A stretch of 64,000 nucleotides of DNA from Spirochaetaceae bacterium UBA6076 (GTDB lineage: Bacteria; Spirochaetota; Spirochaetia; Treponematales; Rectinemataceae), in assembly GCA_002428725.1 (NCBI GenBank), contig DIXQ01000021.1:27097-91096 (forward strand), given 5' to 3'. A program made the position numbers and the translations under genes. Below the pieces are notes generated by a model. That model was not told where the DNA came from and did not search any database. It saw only the letters and a program-made list of their open reading frames with translations. Positions within the stretch are counted from its first letter, which is position 1, and every line of letters starts with the position of its first letter. This document shows, piece after piece, positions 9,164 to 18,096 of this stretch.

Positions 9164-9487
9164 CTATCCCGCCAGAAGGGCAACGGCTGCGCAAGCCAGT
9201 AGTACGCCCGCTATACGCCTGAGGCTAAGGCTCTCCCCGAAGAACAAGACTCCTCCCAACACAACCAGGGCTATCACTGCGCTGCCCATGAGAGGGCTAA
9301 TTTTGCTTATATCCTGTTTTCTGAGGATCCATGCGTAGATGGCAAATGATGCGACGTAGAGGAGGGCTGAGAAGCCGGTCAGGGCAATCCATGTTGCGCT
9401 CCAGGGCTTGAGTCCGGCTCCCTGTTTAAGCAAAAGCTGGGCAGATACGGACAAAAGGATTCCGCAGATAAGGAGTAACCAGTTCAT
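9164..9487 (-). CDS. Small 4-TM EamA/SMR-like protein (ArnE/ArnF-type lipid-linked sugar flippase candidate)
   Basis: 107 aa with four hydrophobic segments. It overlaps the stop of the GT2 gene by 4 nt (9484-9487). Confidence 0.55.
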   Translation of the reverse strand: MNWLLLICGILLSVSAQLLLKQGAGLKPWSATWIALTGFSALLYVASFAIYAWILRKQDISKISPLMGSAVIALVVLGGVLFFGESLSLRRIAGVLLACAAVALLAG

Positions 9488-10449
9488 CGTTCTACTCCTT
9501 CTTTATCCTGCGATTCATCGGGGGAGCGTTCCTTAATAAGGTAATGGGGTCTATGCTTGGCCTCCATAAAGAGCTTGCCCAGGTACTCCCCGATGATTCC
9601 CATAAAAATGAGCTGGATTCCCCCAATTATGAGTACGCTGATTAAAAGGCTTGTCCAGCCCTCCACGGTCCTATCGGTGAATAGCCGAACGATGAGGGCG
9701 TAGAAGGCATATATAAAGCCGGCGGCCGATATGAGACAGCCAGCCATGGATGCAATCCTGAGCGGTTTAACGCTGAAGGATGTGATTCCGTCCACGGCGA
9801 AGGAGAGCATTTTTGAAAAGCTGTATTTGGATACACCGCTTTGGCGTTTACCCGGGCTGTATGTGAGTTCGGTGGAGGGAAACCCTATCCATGGCACGGC
9901 GCCCCGCAGGAAAAGGGTCCGTTCCGGCATGGAGAGAAGGGCATCCACCGCCTTTCTGGACAGAAGCCTGAAATCGGCCGAACCTGGTTCTATTTTGACA
10001 TCCCCTAATAATTTCATAAGAGAGTAGAAGAGCCTAGAACTTAGCTTTTTCCCAGGGGCGAGCCCCTTTCCAGCCCCTGGCGCCGTGTCGAGCCTCCGGG
10101 TTGTGACAATGTCAAAACCCTGGCGCTGTGCTTCGAGCATGGAAGGTATAAGCTCGGGCGGATGCTGGAAATCACCGTCCATGGTCACGACACAGTCGCC
10201 TTGGGCGGCTTCGAGGCCTGCCCGAAGCGCTGCCTGATGGCCAAAATTTCTGCTCAGGCTCAGGTACGCGATGCGCTTGTCGCTGGCCGACATTTTTTTA
10301 AGTTGATGCAGGCTATTATCTTCACTCCCGTCGTCGACGAAAAGAATCGTGAAGCGTTGCTGGTTTGCCAGAACCTCGATTATTGCCTGGGCGAGGGGGT
10401 GGAGGTTTTCTTCTTCGTTATAGACGGGAATAACGATTGTCAGGCTCAT
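9484..10449 (-). CDS. Family 2 glycosyltransferase of the polyprenyl-phosphate sugar synthase type (GtrB/ArnC/CsbB-like)
   Basis: Motifs read are MSLTIVIPVYNEEENL, FVDDGSEDNS and VTMDGDFQHPP (a DxD-type motif). The protein ends with two C-terminal TM helices. Confidence 0.8.
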   Translation of the reverse strand: MSLTIVIPVYNEEENLHPLAQAIIEVLANQQRFTILFVDDGSEDNSLHQLKKMSASDKRIAYLSLSRNFGHQAALRAGLEAAQGDCVVTMDGDFQHPPELIPSMLEAQRQGFDIVTTRRLDTAPGAGKGLAPGKKLSSRLFYSLMKLLGDVKIEPGSADFRLLSRKAVDALLSMPERTLFLRGAVPWIGFPSTELTYSPGKRQSGVSKYSFSKMLSFAVDGITSFSVKPLRIASMAGCLISAAGFIYAFYALIVRLFTDRTVEGWTSLLISVLIIGGIQLIFMGIIGEYLGKLFMEAKHRPHYLIKERSPDESQDKEGVER

Positions 10450-10625
10450 CAGCCTTTCCCCTGCATCATGGATTCATCCTAGCCCATCGATTCAGCGCAT
10501 GCAATATCGTGGCTGCTTGCTTGCCGCTAGGGTACTAAAGGCCGTTTTGCCTCAAAACAAAACCTCGTCCTGAGGCTTGTCGCTCTAAGCTGGCTTCGTT
10601 AGGATATTGTTGCAGGAGGCTTCCT

Positions 10626-11222
10626 ATGGTGGCAGGTGATGGCAGGGGCGGAGAACGATGGAACACGCTTTCCTCTAAAATGATTTACTCGGGTAATGTG
10701 TTCTCCGTGCATGAAAAAACCTGTCAGGCGCCGGATGGGCGCCAGGGGCTATTTTCACTTATTAAAGTCAGGGACTGGGCTGTGGTTGTTCCAATTTTAG
10801 GTAGAGGATCCCAGGCTCAATTTTTGATGGTTCGTCAGTACAGGCATGGATCTGACAACCCTAGCCTGGAGTTTCCCGGTGGCATTGTGGAAAATGACGA
10901 AGCGCCGGAAAAGGCCGCGGCTCGAGAAATGGCCGAGGAAACTGGCTACCTTCCCGGAACCCTGTTACACGCAGGCTCCGTCTATCCTAATCCGGCGATT
11001 CAGGGCAACCGCTACCATGTATACGTCGCCCTAGACCCGTACCCTGCGGTGGAGCGAAATTTAGACGAGCACGAGATTGTCGACGCTGACCTCTATCCTG
11101 CCCGGGAAATTCTAAATTCCATGGGCGAGGGGGAACTCAGCCACGCCCTCATGTGCACTGCCGTTTTCCTTACCGAAAAGTGTCTGGCTCGTAATGGTTT
11201 GCCTGCTTTACGCAGTCTTTAG
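10626..11222 (+). CDS. NUDIX hydrolase (ADP-ribose pyrophosphatase-like)
   Basis: Nudix box GGIVENDEAPEKAAAREMAEETGY is present. RBS AGGAGG lies 6 nt before ATG 10626. Confidence 0.85.
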   Translation: MVAGDGRGGERWNTLSSKMIYSGNVFSVHEKTCQAPDGRQGLFSLIKVRDWAVVVPILGRGSQAQFLMVRQYRHGSDNPSLEFPGGIVENDEAPEKAAAREMAEETGYLPGTLLHAGSVYPNPAIQGNRYHVYVALDPYPAVERNLDEHEIVDADLYPAREILNSMGEGELSHALMCTAVFLTEKCLARNGLPALRSL

Positions 11223-12400
11223 CGAACTTGGTTCAATACAGACCTTTTAGAAAAATACAACCCAAGACTCCCCATGGCGAATAGGCTGAAGGAAGCAAAG
11301 AGCCAGCGATAGCCTGCCCATTCCACAACGAGTCCACCCAGGGCACTCCCCACAAAAGCAGGCAAGCCCATGCCTATTCCTAGGAGAATAGCCATGCCAG
11401 TTGTTCGCTCCGATGGGGGAGTTTTTAGGTTGACAAAGGCAACTGTTGCGGGCTGAAAGAGACCATAGCAGAGCGAATGGAGAAGTTGCCCTACGATAAC
11501 GCCTGTCTTTGTCGGAACCAATGCGTAGATCAATAGTCTGAGAATGATCGCCGCTGAAGCCAGGGAGATCGCATGCATGGGGCTTTTTTTAGCCATGTAG
11601 CGCCAGGCGAGTATCATCATGGGAATTTCGACAACGGCGCCGAGGGCTGACATGGCTCCAATAGCCTGCCACTCTAGTGATTCCACGAGATAGAGCGAAA
11701 AAAAGGAATTCACCGGCGCCATAGCGATTCTCCCGAGAATAATCACCGCCAAGCCAAAAAGGAAAGTGTCATCGATCCAACCGAAGTTGGCCTTTAGCCT
11801 TGTTTTTTTTGCTGCCCTGTCTCCGCTCTCTGGAAGGCTTTTTAGCCCTAAAAGAAAAATGCAAGCTAACAGTGCCATAGTCCCGGCCATAACAATTGGG
11901 GGACTGGTTTCAAAACCAGGAATAAACTGCAAGGTAAGGGTAACGACGACAAAACCGAAGGATCCAATTCCACGTATGAGGCCGTAGCTCGGAGTTTTTT
12001 GTCCCTTTGCTTGATCCGAATCGATAGCCCGGAGCAAGGCAGTATCTAGCACTGGTACCGGAGTTTTTAGGCCTATAGAGGCAAGGCTAAGTCCGATTAT
12101 GGCTGCCATGATATGATTGATTGAAATCAGGAGCCCCATGCCCAGGATAATTCCTATACCCGATACGATTAAGAAAGGATTGAAACGTCCTAGAGCATCG
12201 GCCTTGCGTGCTAAAACTATGGGGCCGGCGATGCCCACGAGCTCGAAAATGCCTAGAAAAAGCCCAACAGCTGCGGGGCTATAGCCCAGCCTGCGCAGGA
12301 TAATCTGTAAGTAGGGCGATATCCCGTAGATAGCGAAAAATAGAAAATATATCAATCCGAATCTTTGACCTGTTCGATTCGGTGTTTCCATTGATTTCAT
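11219..12400 (-). CDS. MFS transporter
   Basis: 393 aa with about 12 hydrophobic helices. The substrate was not determined. Confidence 0.7.
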   Translation of the reverse strand: MKSMETPNRTGQRFGLIYFLFFAIYGISPYLQIILRRLGYSPAAVGLFLGIFELVGIAGPIVLARKADALGRFNPFLIVSGIGIILGMGLLISINHIMAAIIGLSLASIGLKTPVPVLDTALLRAIDSDQAKGQKTPSYGLIRGIGSFGFVVVTLTLQFIPGFETSPPIVMAGTMALLACIFLLGLKSLPESGDRAAKKTRLKANFGWIDDTFLFGLAVIILGRIAMAPVNSFFSLYLVESLEWQAIGAMSALGAVVEIPMMILAWRYMAKKSPMHAISLASAAIILRLLIYALVPTKTGVIVGQLLHSLCYGLFQPATVAFVNLKTPPSERTTGMAILLGIGMGLPAFVGSALGGLVVEWAGYRWLFASFSLFAMGSLGLYFSKRSVLNQVR

Positions 12401-12472
12401 AGGCGCTTAAGCATAAAAGCTACAGCTCGATGAGTCAATCAGAACGCCAGCAAGGATCTTTTCTATCTTGTA

Positions 12473-13660
12473 TTATTTCTTTTTCTTCTGCTGACTCGGC
12501 CGCCAAACAATTTTGGCAATAGAAATGGCTCCGACGGGGCAAACTTCGTGGCAGCAATAGCAGGTAATACAAGCCCTATCGTCTATACGTACCTGAAATT
12601 TTCCGTCTTTGAGCCGGCTTAACTCCAGCGCATCGGTCGGACAGATTCGAATGCAGGCCGAGCAACCTATACAGAGTTCCTTGTGGAAAATTGGCCTCTC
12701 GGCTAAAAAACGCAGGGCCAGGGGCTCCAGATAATGGGGAATCTCCGATAACGATGCGTTCGACTGCGCTGTATATGGAAGAAGTCTAAAACCCTTTGCC
12801 CTATTCTTTTCTATTGTATAGTCGCCTGTGTCAATTGACGGCGATTCCTTATCTAAACCATTACGCTGGATGGCGTCCACAAGGTAGGGAATTCTCCGGG
12901 GATCGTATCCTATAGTAGAGGCAGCTACCCAGTCCAAGGCTGCTGCGTTCTTAGAAGCGAAGACAAGCCCGAGAGGGAAGGGCTCTCCGTTACCAGGTCC
13001 CTCTCCCTGCATGGCCACAATAGCGTCTAAAAAATGAAAACAATTTTTAATAGACAGTCCGAGGTCAACCAGCATGGTTCCAAATTGGATCTTGTCGGAA
13101 AAACGAAGGTGCATCGAACTCTTGGCAAGTCCGGGGAGGAGGCCGAAGAGGTTTTTTATCGCTCCAGTATAGGTGGCTAGGCGGTGGGTTTTCAGCTTGG
13201 GCAAATTAACTACCAGGTCGCAGTCATCCAGAGCTGAGGCAAGCTTAAAGCTTTTAACCAATTTTGCTTCGGGAGCCGGTCGAGGGTTCCCCGGGCTAAA
13301 ATCCACCCAGGTAGCTTTCCCGTCCATGGCAGCCTGAAACACCCCCGATGCCTTACCTACCGCTTTGCCGTTCTGGTGTCCTGGCGAGTCGCCTATTTGA
13401 ATTGAAGCCGCTTTCTGTTTCCAGAGAAAGCGTAAGACGGCGGCCACAAACTTAGGATGGGTTGTTACCGCTTCGTCAGGAGCCGCAGCCTTTAATAGAT
13501 TGGGTTTTACGAGAATTCTCTTCCCGGTGATATCGGGAAAACCAGCGTCCCTGGCTGCCTGGGCAATACACCGATCCAAGAGCTTGGAATCGTAACTTTG
13601 ACAGGGTAAAACGCTAACCTTTATGTTTGCCTGAGCCCCGGCTTTCTCCCCCATTACCAC
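12473..13660 (-). CDS. DUF362 domain protein with C-terminal 2x[4Fe-4S] ferredoxin domain
   Basis: The body is DUF362-like (ILVKPNLLKAA...). The C-terminus carries CIGCSACIRICP and CITCYCCHEVCP cysteine clusters. Confidence 0.7.
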   Translation of the reverse strand: MVMGEKAGAQANIKVSVLPCQSYDSKLLDRCIAQAARDAGFPDITGKRILVKPNLLKAAAPDEAVTTHPKFVAAVLRFLWKQKAASIQIGDSPGHQNGKAVGKASGVFQAAMDGKATWVDFSPGNPRPAPEAKLVKSFKLASALDDCDLVVNLPKLKTHRLATYTGAIKNLFGLLPGLAKSSMHLRFSDKIQFGTMLVDLGLSIKNCFHFLDAIVAMQGEGPGNGEPFPLGLVFASKNAAALDWVAASTIGYDPRRIPYLVDAIQRNGLDKESPSIDTGDYTIEKNRAKGFRLLPYTAQSNASLSEIPHYLEPLALRFLAERPIFHKELCIGCSACIRICPTDALELSRLKDGKFQVRIDDRACITCYCCHEVCPVGAISIAKIVWRPSQQKKKK

Positions 13661-15201
13661 GCTACACCAAAGCCAAGGCTGGCGGCGGGTGAACTAAGCC
13701 CCGGGTTCAAGTCGCCGGAGATCCTTATCATAAATGATATGGGCGTTGAGTCTAGAAGAATTCTGGACTCCAGAGCTAGGCGCAAAGGATTGGTCGATGT
13801 CATTGGCAGGACTGTTCCTATGTCGCCCTGGGCCGACAACCCGGCGACAATGCTCTGATTTTCATACCAGAGCCCTAATCCAGCCCTTCCCTGGAAACTG
13901 GAAAGAGAAAAGTCATACACAACTCCTGGAGCTATGCCAAAGCGCAATCCTCCCAGAGCGTATGCCAGTGGAAGACTTATTTCAGCCTCGGAGGCAGCGC
14001 CGGGGTAAAGGGGAGCTGTGTCGCTATTCCAGGCAAATCGGCCGAGCAGGGCAAGGTCCATGCCTGCGGTAGAGCCTAGTCCCTGCATAAATGAAAGCGC
14101 GAAGCCCGCCGCGGGAGCTACATCGTAGGAACCCTCAAGGGCTATCATTGTGGATGAACCTAATTTGAATCCTAGAGCTAAGGACCCTCCTCTGGGATAG
14201 GTTCCCAGCAGTTCGGCGCTGCCTGGAAGAAGTTCAGAAATTTTTGGATCCGGGAAATACAGAAGCCCCGGCCTAGCCGCCTGGGCGCCGGAAGGTACTA
14301 TCAACGAGTTGGAGTCGATTCTAAGTTTTGTGGTGAACACAATCGAGGGTTCAAGCTCAATGGTTTCTTCTTCAGTTTCTGCTTCGATTTCTTCCTGGGC
14401 TAACGGCCAGAGGGACAACACCAAGAGATACTCGCCGTCAGGAAGGATTTTACCCGTGCTGTCCCTTCCATCCCACGAAAAGCTCTGAGACCAGGTGGTG
14501 AAGACAGGTAGTTCTTTTTCCAGGTAGAGCTTGCCGCTTGGATCGATCACCTTCATTTGTCCCCAGCCCGGGGCTGTAATAGTAAAGTTTAATACCGATC
14601 GTCCGTATAAGCCTTTATTAGAAGGATTGAAAACTTCCGGCTTAAGCTTCCACTCTCTTATCTCAAAAGCCGAAGGGCTGAGGGTGACCCTTAAAATAGA
14701 AGTTCGCTGCCACTGCACCACAAGACTGAGCTTTTGTTCCTCGTAGCCGAATTTGCGGATTGAAACAGTTCGTCGGCCAACAGGTATTTCTACCATGTAG
14801 CCCTGGACCTTCTGCCCATCCACATATACCGAAGCATCGATAGGGGATATCTCTAATACAAGATATCCTGTGTGGGGTTCGAGTTCTAAACTGATTGTGT
14901 ATTTTGTGTTTTCCACCACGGTGAGCGAAAACTGTGCCGGATAATAATCCTTAGCCCATGCAGAGATCACATGGGAGCCCGGAGCGAGTGTTCCCGACCA
15001 GTTGGACAAGGATGCGGTGCCACCATCTATGGCTATCCAAGCATCGGAAGGATCGGCTGTTATGCTGACAATAGCCTGACCTGGGCTTGTGGCAGTTTTT
15101 GTGCTCACAGACATGGATGCGGGCTCAATATCGAATGCTGATGCTGTGCCTGTAAGGATGACGAGGAGCGCTGCAATCAGTATAAATTTCTTTCCTATCA
15201 T
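13654..15201 (-). CDS. Secreted PEGA-repeat / FlgD-Ig-like protein with beta-barrel-like C-terminal domain
   Basis: Signal peptide is MIGKKFILIAALLVILTGTASA. PEGA-like motifs are ADPSDAWIAIDGG and ISPIDASVYVDGQ. An FlgD-Ig-like segment reads FSWDGRDSTGKILPDGEYLLVL. The C-terminal ~200 aa have alternating hydrophobicity and end in GFGVAW. I took the start as the Met preceding the signal peptide. Confidence 0.55.
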   Translation of the reverse strand: MIGKKFILIAALLVILTGTASAFDIEPASMSVSTKTATSPGQAIVSITADPSDAWIAIDGGTASLSNWSGTLAPGSHVISAWAKDYYPAQFSLTVVENTKYTISLELEPHTGYLVLEISPIDASVYVDGQKVQGYMVEIPVGRRTVSIRKFGYEEQKLSLVVQWQRTSILRVTLSPSAFEIREWKLKPEVFNPSNKGLYGRSVLNFTITAPGWGQMKVIDPSGKLYLEKELPVFTTWSQSFSWDGRDSTGKILPDGEYLLVLSLWPLAQEEIEAETEEETIELEPSIVFTTKLRIDSNSLIVPSGAQAARPGLLYFPDPKISELLPGSAELLGTYPRGGSLALGFKLGSSTMIALEGSYDVAPAAGFALSFMQGLGSTAGMDLALLGRFAWNSDTAPLYPGAASEAEISLPLAYALGGLRFGIAPGVVYDFSLSSFQGRAGLGLWYENQSIVAGLSAQGDIGTVLPMTSTNPLRLALESRILLDSTPISFMIRISGDLNPGLSSPAASLGFGVAW

Positions 15202-15333
15202 AGTAAGAAAACCATAATGCATTGTTATAGATGAAGCAAGGGTAATTGTAATTTTAACTCAGTGTGGCCAGCTTCACACAACTATATGATGGACCTTATT
15301 GTCTGTGCACATGGTGGGCGTTGAAAAAATCGA

Positions 15334-15362
15334 TTGCACCTCTAGCGGAGCTTTGTTATACT
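15334..15362 (+). promoter_or_regulatory. Candidate sigma70-type promoter for the LysM-M23 peptidase gene
   Basis: TTGCAC (15334-15339), a 17-nt spacer, then TATACT (15357-15362). It lies about 30 nt upstream of the GTG start at 15393. Confidence 0.45.
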
Positions 15363-15392
15363 CATGTAATCTTATAGTAACCGGAGCAAACG

Positions 15393-16325
15393 GTGAGGTC
15401 GCGATCAAGACCTTCGCATACAGATATCTTGTTGAGGATAACTAGCGTATCCTCTCTGCTTAAAACGCTTTCAGCCGTAATCTGTCTCATCGCCTTGGTC
15501 GGATCGAGCTTTCGGCCCATGCCTGGTCCTGATTATGCGGTAGGCACGGTAGATTTTAATACAATCGTACCCGATTCCGAGTCTCACGAAGAGGAAGAGG
15601 AGGGGTTGTTCTACTCGGTGTATCAGGTAAAAAGAGGTGATACGATATCTGACATAGCCGAGAGCTATGGTATTACCGTGGATACAATTTTTAGTATCAA
15701 CAATATCCAGGCTGCACGGTCAATCCAACCCGAGCAGTTTTTGAAAATTCCCAACATGTCAGGGATTCTTTACCAGGTAAAAGCTGAAGAAAGCGTCGAA
15801 TCCATAGCCGAAAAACACGGTATTTCTCCCGATCGGCTTATTGTTGCTAATGGGTTGATGAAAAACGAACTCGATGCCGGCAGAATGCTTTTTCTGCCTG
15901 ACGCTAAACTCCCCAGCGTAGTCTTAAGAGAAATCGCTGGCGATCTTTTCCTCTGGCCTGTACGCGGCTATATAACTTCATGGTATTCCTGGAGACGTGA
16001 TCCTTTTACGGGTAAAAACAGCTTCCACAACGGTATTGATATTGGAGTACCTTCGGGGACCCCTGTTGCGGCAGCTATGGAGGGCAGTGTCAGCGAGGCG
16101 AGTTACTCGCCTATTATGGGAAACTATGTCATGCTGCGACATTCTGGAGGCTGGCAAACGCTGTATGCGCATCTTTCTTCAATAACGGTAAAGAAGGGGC
16201 AGTATGTTGCCCGGGGAAACAGGGTTGGTCTTTCGGGGAACACGGGATACAGCACGGGGCCCCATCTTCATTTTACGGTGTATAAAAACGGTAAGTCGGT
16301 AAATCCAATAAACGTGCTTCAATAA
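15393..16325 (+). CDS. LysM-domain M23 family metallopeptidase (peptidoglycan endopeptidase)
   Basis: Two LysM repeats are present (YQVKRGDTISDIAESYGITVDTIFSINNI and YQVKAEESVESIAEKHGISPDRLIVANGL). M23 motifs are HNGIDIGVPSGTPV and GNTGYSTGPHLHFTVYKNG. Confidence 0.85.
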   Translation: MRSRSRPSHTDILLRITSVSSLLKTLSAVICLIALVGSSFRPMPGPDYAVGTVDFNTIVPDSESHEEEEEGLFYSVYQVKRGDTISDIAESYGITVDTIFSINNIQAARSIQPEQFLKIPNMSGILYQVKAEESVESIAEKHGISPDRLIVANGLMKNELDAGRMLFLPDAKLPSVVLREIAGDLFLWPVRGYITSWYSWRRDPFTGKNSFHNGIDIGVPSGTPVAAAMEGSVSEASYSPIMGNYVMLRHSGGWQTLYAHLSSITVKKGQYVARGNRVGLSGNTGYSTGPHLHFTVYKNGKSVNPINVLQ

Positions 16326-16362
16326 CTTTGACGATTAGGCTATTATCTGCTACAGTCATTTC

Positions 16363-18084
16363 ATGCGAGAAATCCGCGGCATAGCCGCTTCACCAGGCGC
16401 TGCCATTGCCTCTGCTTTTTTATACTCCGATGATTATAGCGGGACTATTCCTTCGTACTCGATACGATCCGAAGACGCTCAGACGGAATTTGAGCGTTTT
16501 CAAGAAGCAGTCACCAATGCAAAGGGAGAGGTAAAGGGCCTTCGCGAAAAAGCCTTCGCTGAGGCGGGTGAAAAGCAGGCGGCTATTTTCGATGCCCATC
16601 TGCTCATGTTGGATGATCCTGACGTGGTGGAGCAAGTCCAAGAAAGACTGCACAGCACACTCATGAACGTCGAAAGCATCGTCTTTACCCTCGAACAGGA
16701 AATGATCGATCAGCTCTCATCTTCCCAGGATCCCTACATACAGGAACGGGTTTCTGATGTCCATGACGTGATTCACAGGATTTTAGGCCACCTCCTGCAT
16801 CGGGAGCGGTTTAGCCTGGCTGATTTGGAAACCGATGTCATACTGGTAGCCAGAGACCTTTTACCCTCTGATATGGTAGGCATGGCGCGAACAAAAATCA
16901 GGGGAATTGCCTTGGAGGCTGGAGGACGAACGAGCCACGCGGCAATTTTAGCCAGGGCTTTCGGCATTCCTGCTGTACTTGGATTAGGTGCCTTTATGAC
17001 GGATGTCAAAGGCGGAAGCTCCATCATTGTAGATGGGGATAAGGGCTTGGTGATCATTGACCCTGACGATGCGGCACTGAAAAAAGAAAAAGCCGCCCGC
17101 ACTCGAAGAATCGCCAGGGAAAAGGAGTTTTCCGGCATAAGGGATTTTCCAGCCGCCACTAAGGATGGGCAGAGAATCCTTCTCAAGGCCAATATCGAAG
17201 TGCCCGAAGAGCTTGATGCAGTCTTGGAACAGCGGGCTGACGGTATAGGCTTGTTCCGCTCGGAATTTCTCTTCCTGGGTGGCCACATCCCCGGAGAGGA
17301 GGCCCAGTTCAAGGCCTATAAAAAAGTTGTTGAGGGCATGCAGGGCAAGCCTGTCACAATCCGAACCCTGGATATCGGCGGGGATAAGGTTCTGCCCGAA
17401 CTTGGAGCCCAAGATGAAAAAAATCCTCTCCTGGGCTGGAGAGCGATCCGATTTTGTCTTTCAAAAACCGATATATTCCGTACCCAGCTCCGGGCACTGC
17501 TTCGGGCGGCAGCCTTTGGTGATCTGCGCATCATGTTTCCCATGATCAGCACAATGGAAGAGCTGGTCCGCGCCCGGGGGATTCTGGAGGAAGCGCAGTG
17601 GGAATGCCGCATGCGTGGATTTGATGTGCCTGACCAGGTAAAGGCGGGCATTATGATAGAAGTTCCCTCGGCGGCCCTCTGCTCGGACATTTTAGCTCGA
17701 AGCGCCGATTTCTTTTCCATTGGTACCAATGACCTGATCCAATACACAATGGCCGTGGATAGGGGAAACGAAAAGGTGGCGTACCTCCACGATCCATTCA
17801 ATCCAGCCGTGCTACGCCTCATACGAACGACGATACAAGCGGCCAAGAAAGCACAGATCGAGGTTAGTCTATGCGGCGAAATGGGGGCCGATCCCCTAGC
17901 TGCCCTTCTCTTGGTCGGCATGGGACTGCGGGAACTATCCATGTCTGCAATTTCCATCCCCTTTGTAAAAAGCTTTCTCTTTACTCAGAAACTGGAAGAT
18001 GCGGAAAATCTAGCCGAGGCGGTTATGCAAATGACCAGTTCGACTCAAGTGACGACCTATATCGCCAATCGCTTCAAGGCCTAG
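16363..18084 (+). CDS. ptsI: Phosphoenolpyruvate-protein phosphotransferase (PTS enzyme I)
   Basis: Active-site region GGRTSHAAILARAFGIPAV. PEP-utilising TIM-barrel motifs are IGTNDLIQY and LCGEMG. Confidence 0.9.
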   Translation: MREIRGIAASPGAAIASAFLYSDDYSGTIPSYSIRSEDAQTEFERFQEAVTNAKGEVKGLREKAFAEAGEKQAAIFDAHLLMLDDPDVVEQVQERLHSTLMNVESIVFTLEQEMIDQLSSSQDPYIQERVSDVHDVIHRILGHLLHRERFSLADLETDVILVARDLLPSDMVGMARTKIRGIALEAGGRTSHAAILARAFGIPAVLGLGAFMTDVKGGSSIIVDGDKGLVIIDPDDAALKKEKAARTRRIAREKEFSGIRDFPAATKDGQRILLKANIEVPEELDAVLEQRADGIGLFRSEFLFLGGHIPGEEAQFKAYKKVVEGMQGKPVTIRTLDIGGDKVLPELGAQDEKNPLLGWRAIRFCLSKTDIFRTQLRALLRAAAFGDLRIMFPMISTMEELVRARGILEEAQWECRMRGFDVPDQVKAGIMIEVPSAALCSDILARSADFFSIGTNDLIQYTMAVDRGNEKVAYLHDPFNPAVLRLIRTTIQAAKKAQIEVSLCGEMGADPLAALLLVGMGLRELSMSAISIPFVKSFLFTQKLEDAENLAEAVMQMTSSTQVTTYIANRFKA

Positions 18085-18096
18085 GCAGGTAGCACC

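Noticed and set aside
16773-17957. Antisense ORFs of 179, 142 and 213 aa inside ptsI
   Set aside because: They are entirely contained in a well-supported CDS on the opposite strand. Their composition is low-complexity and Ser/Arg/Pro-rich, which is typical of antisense frames in GC-balanced genes.
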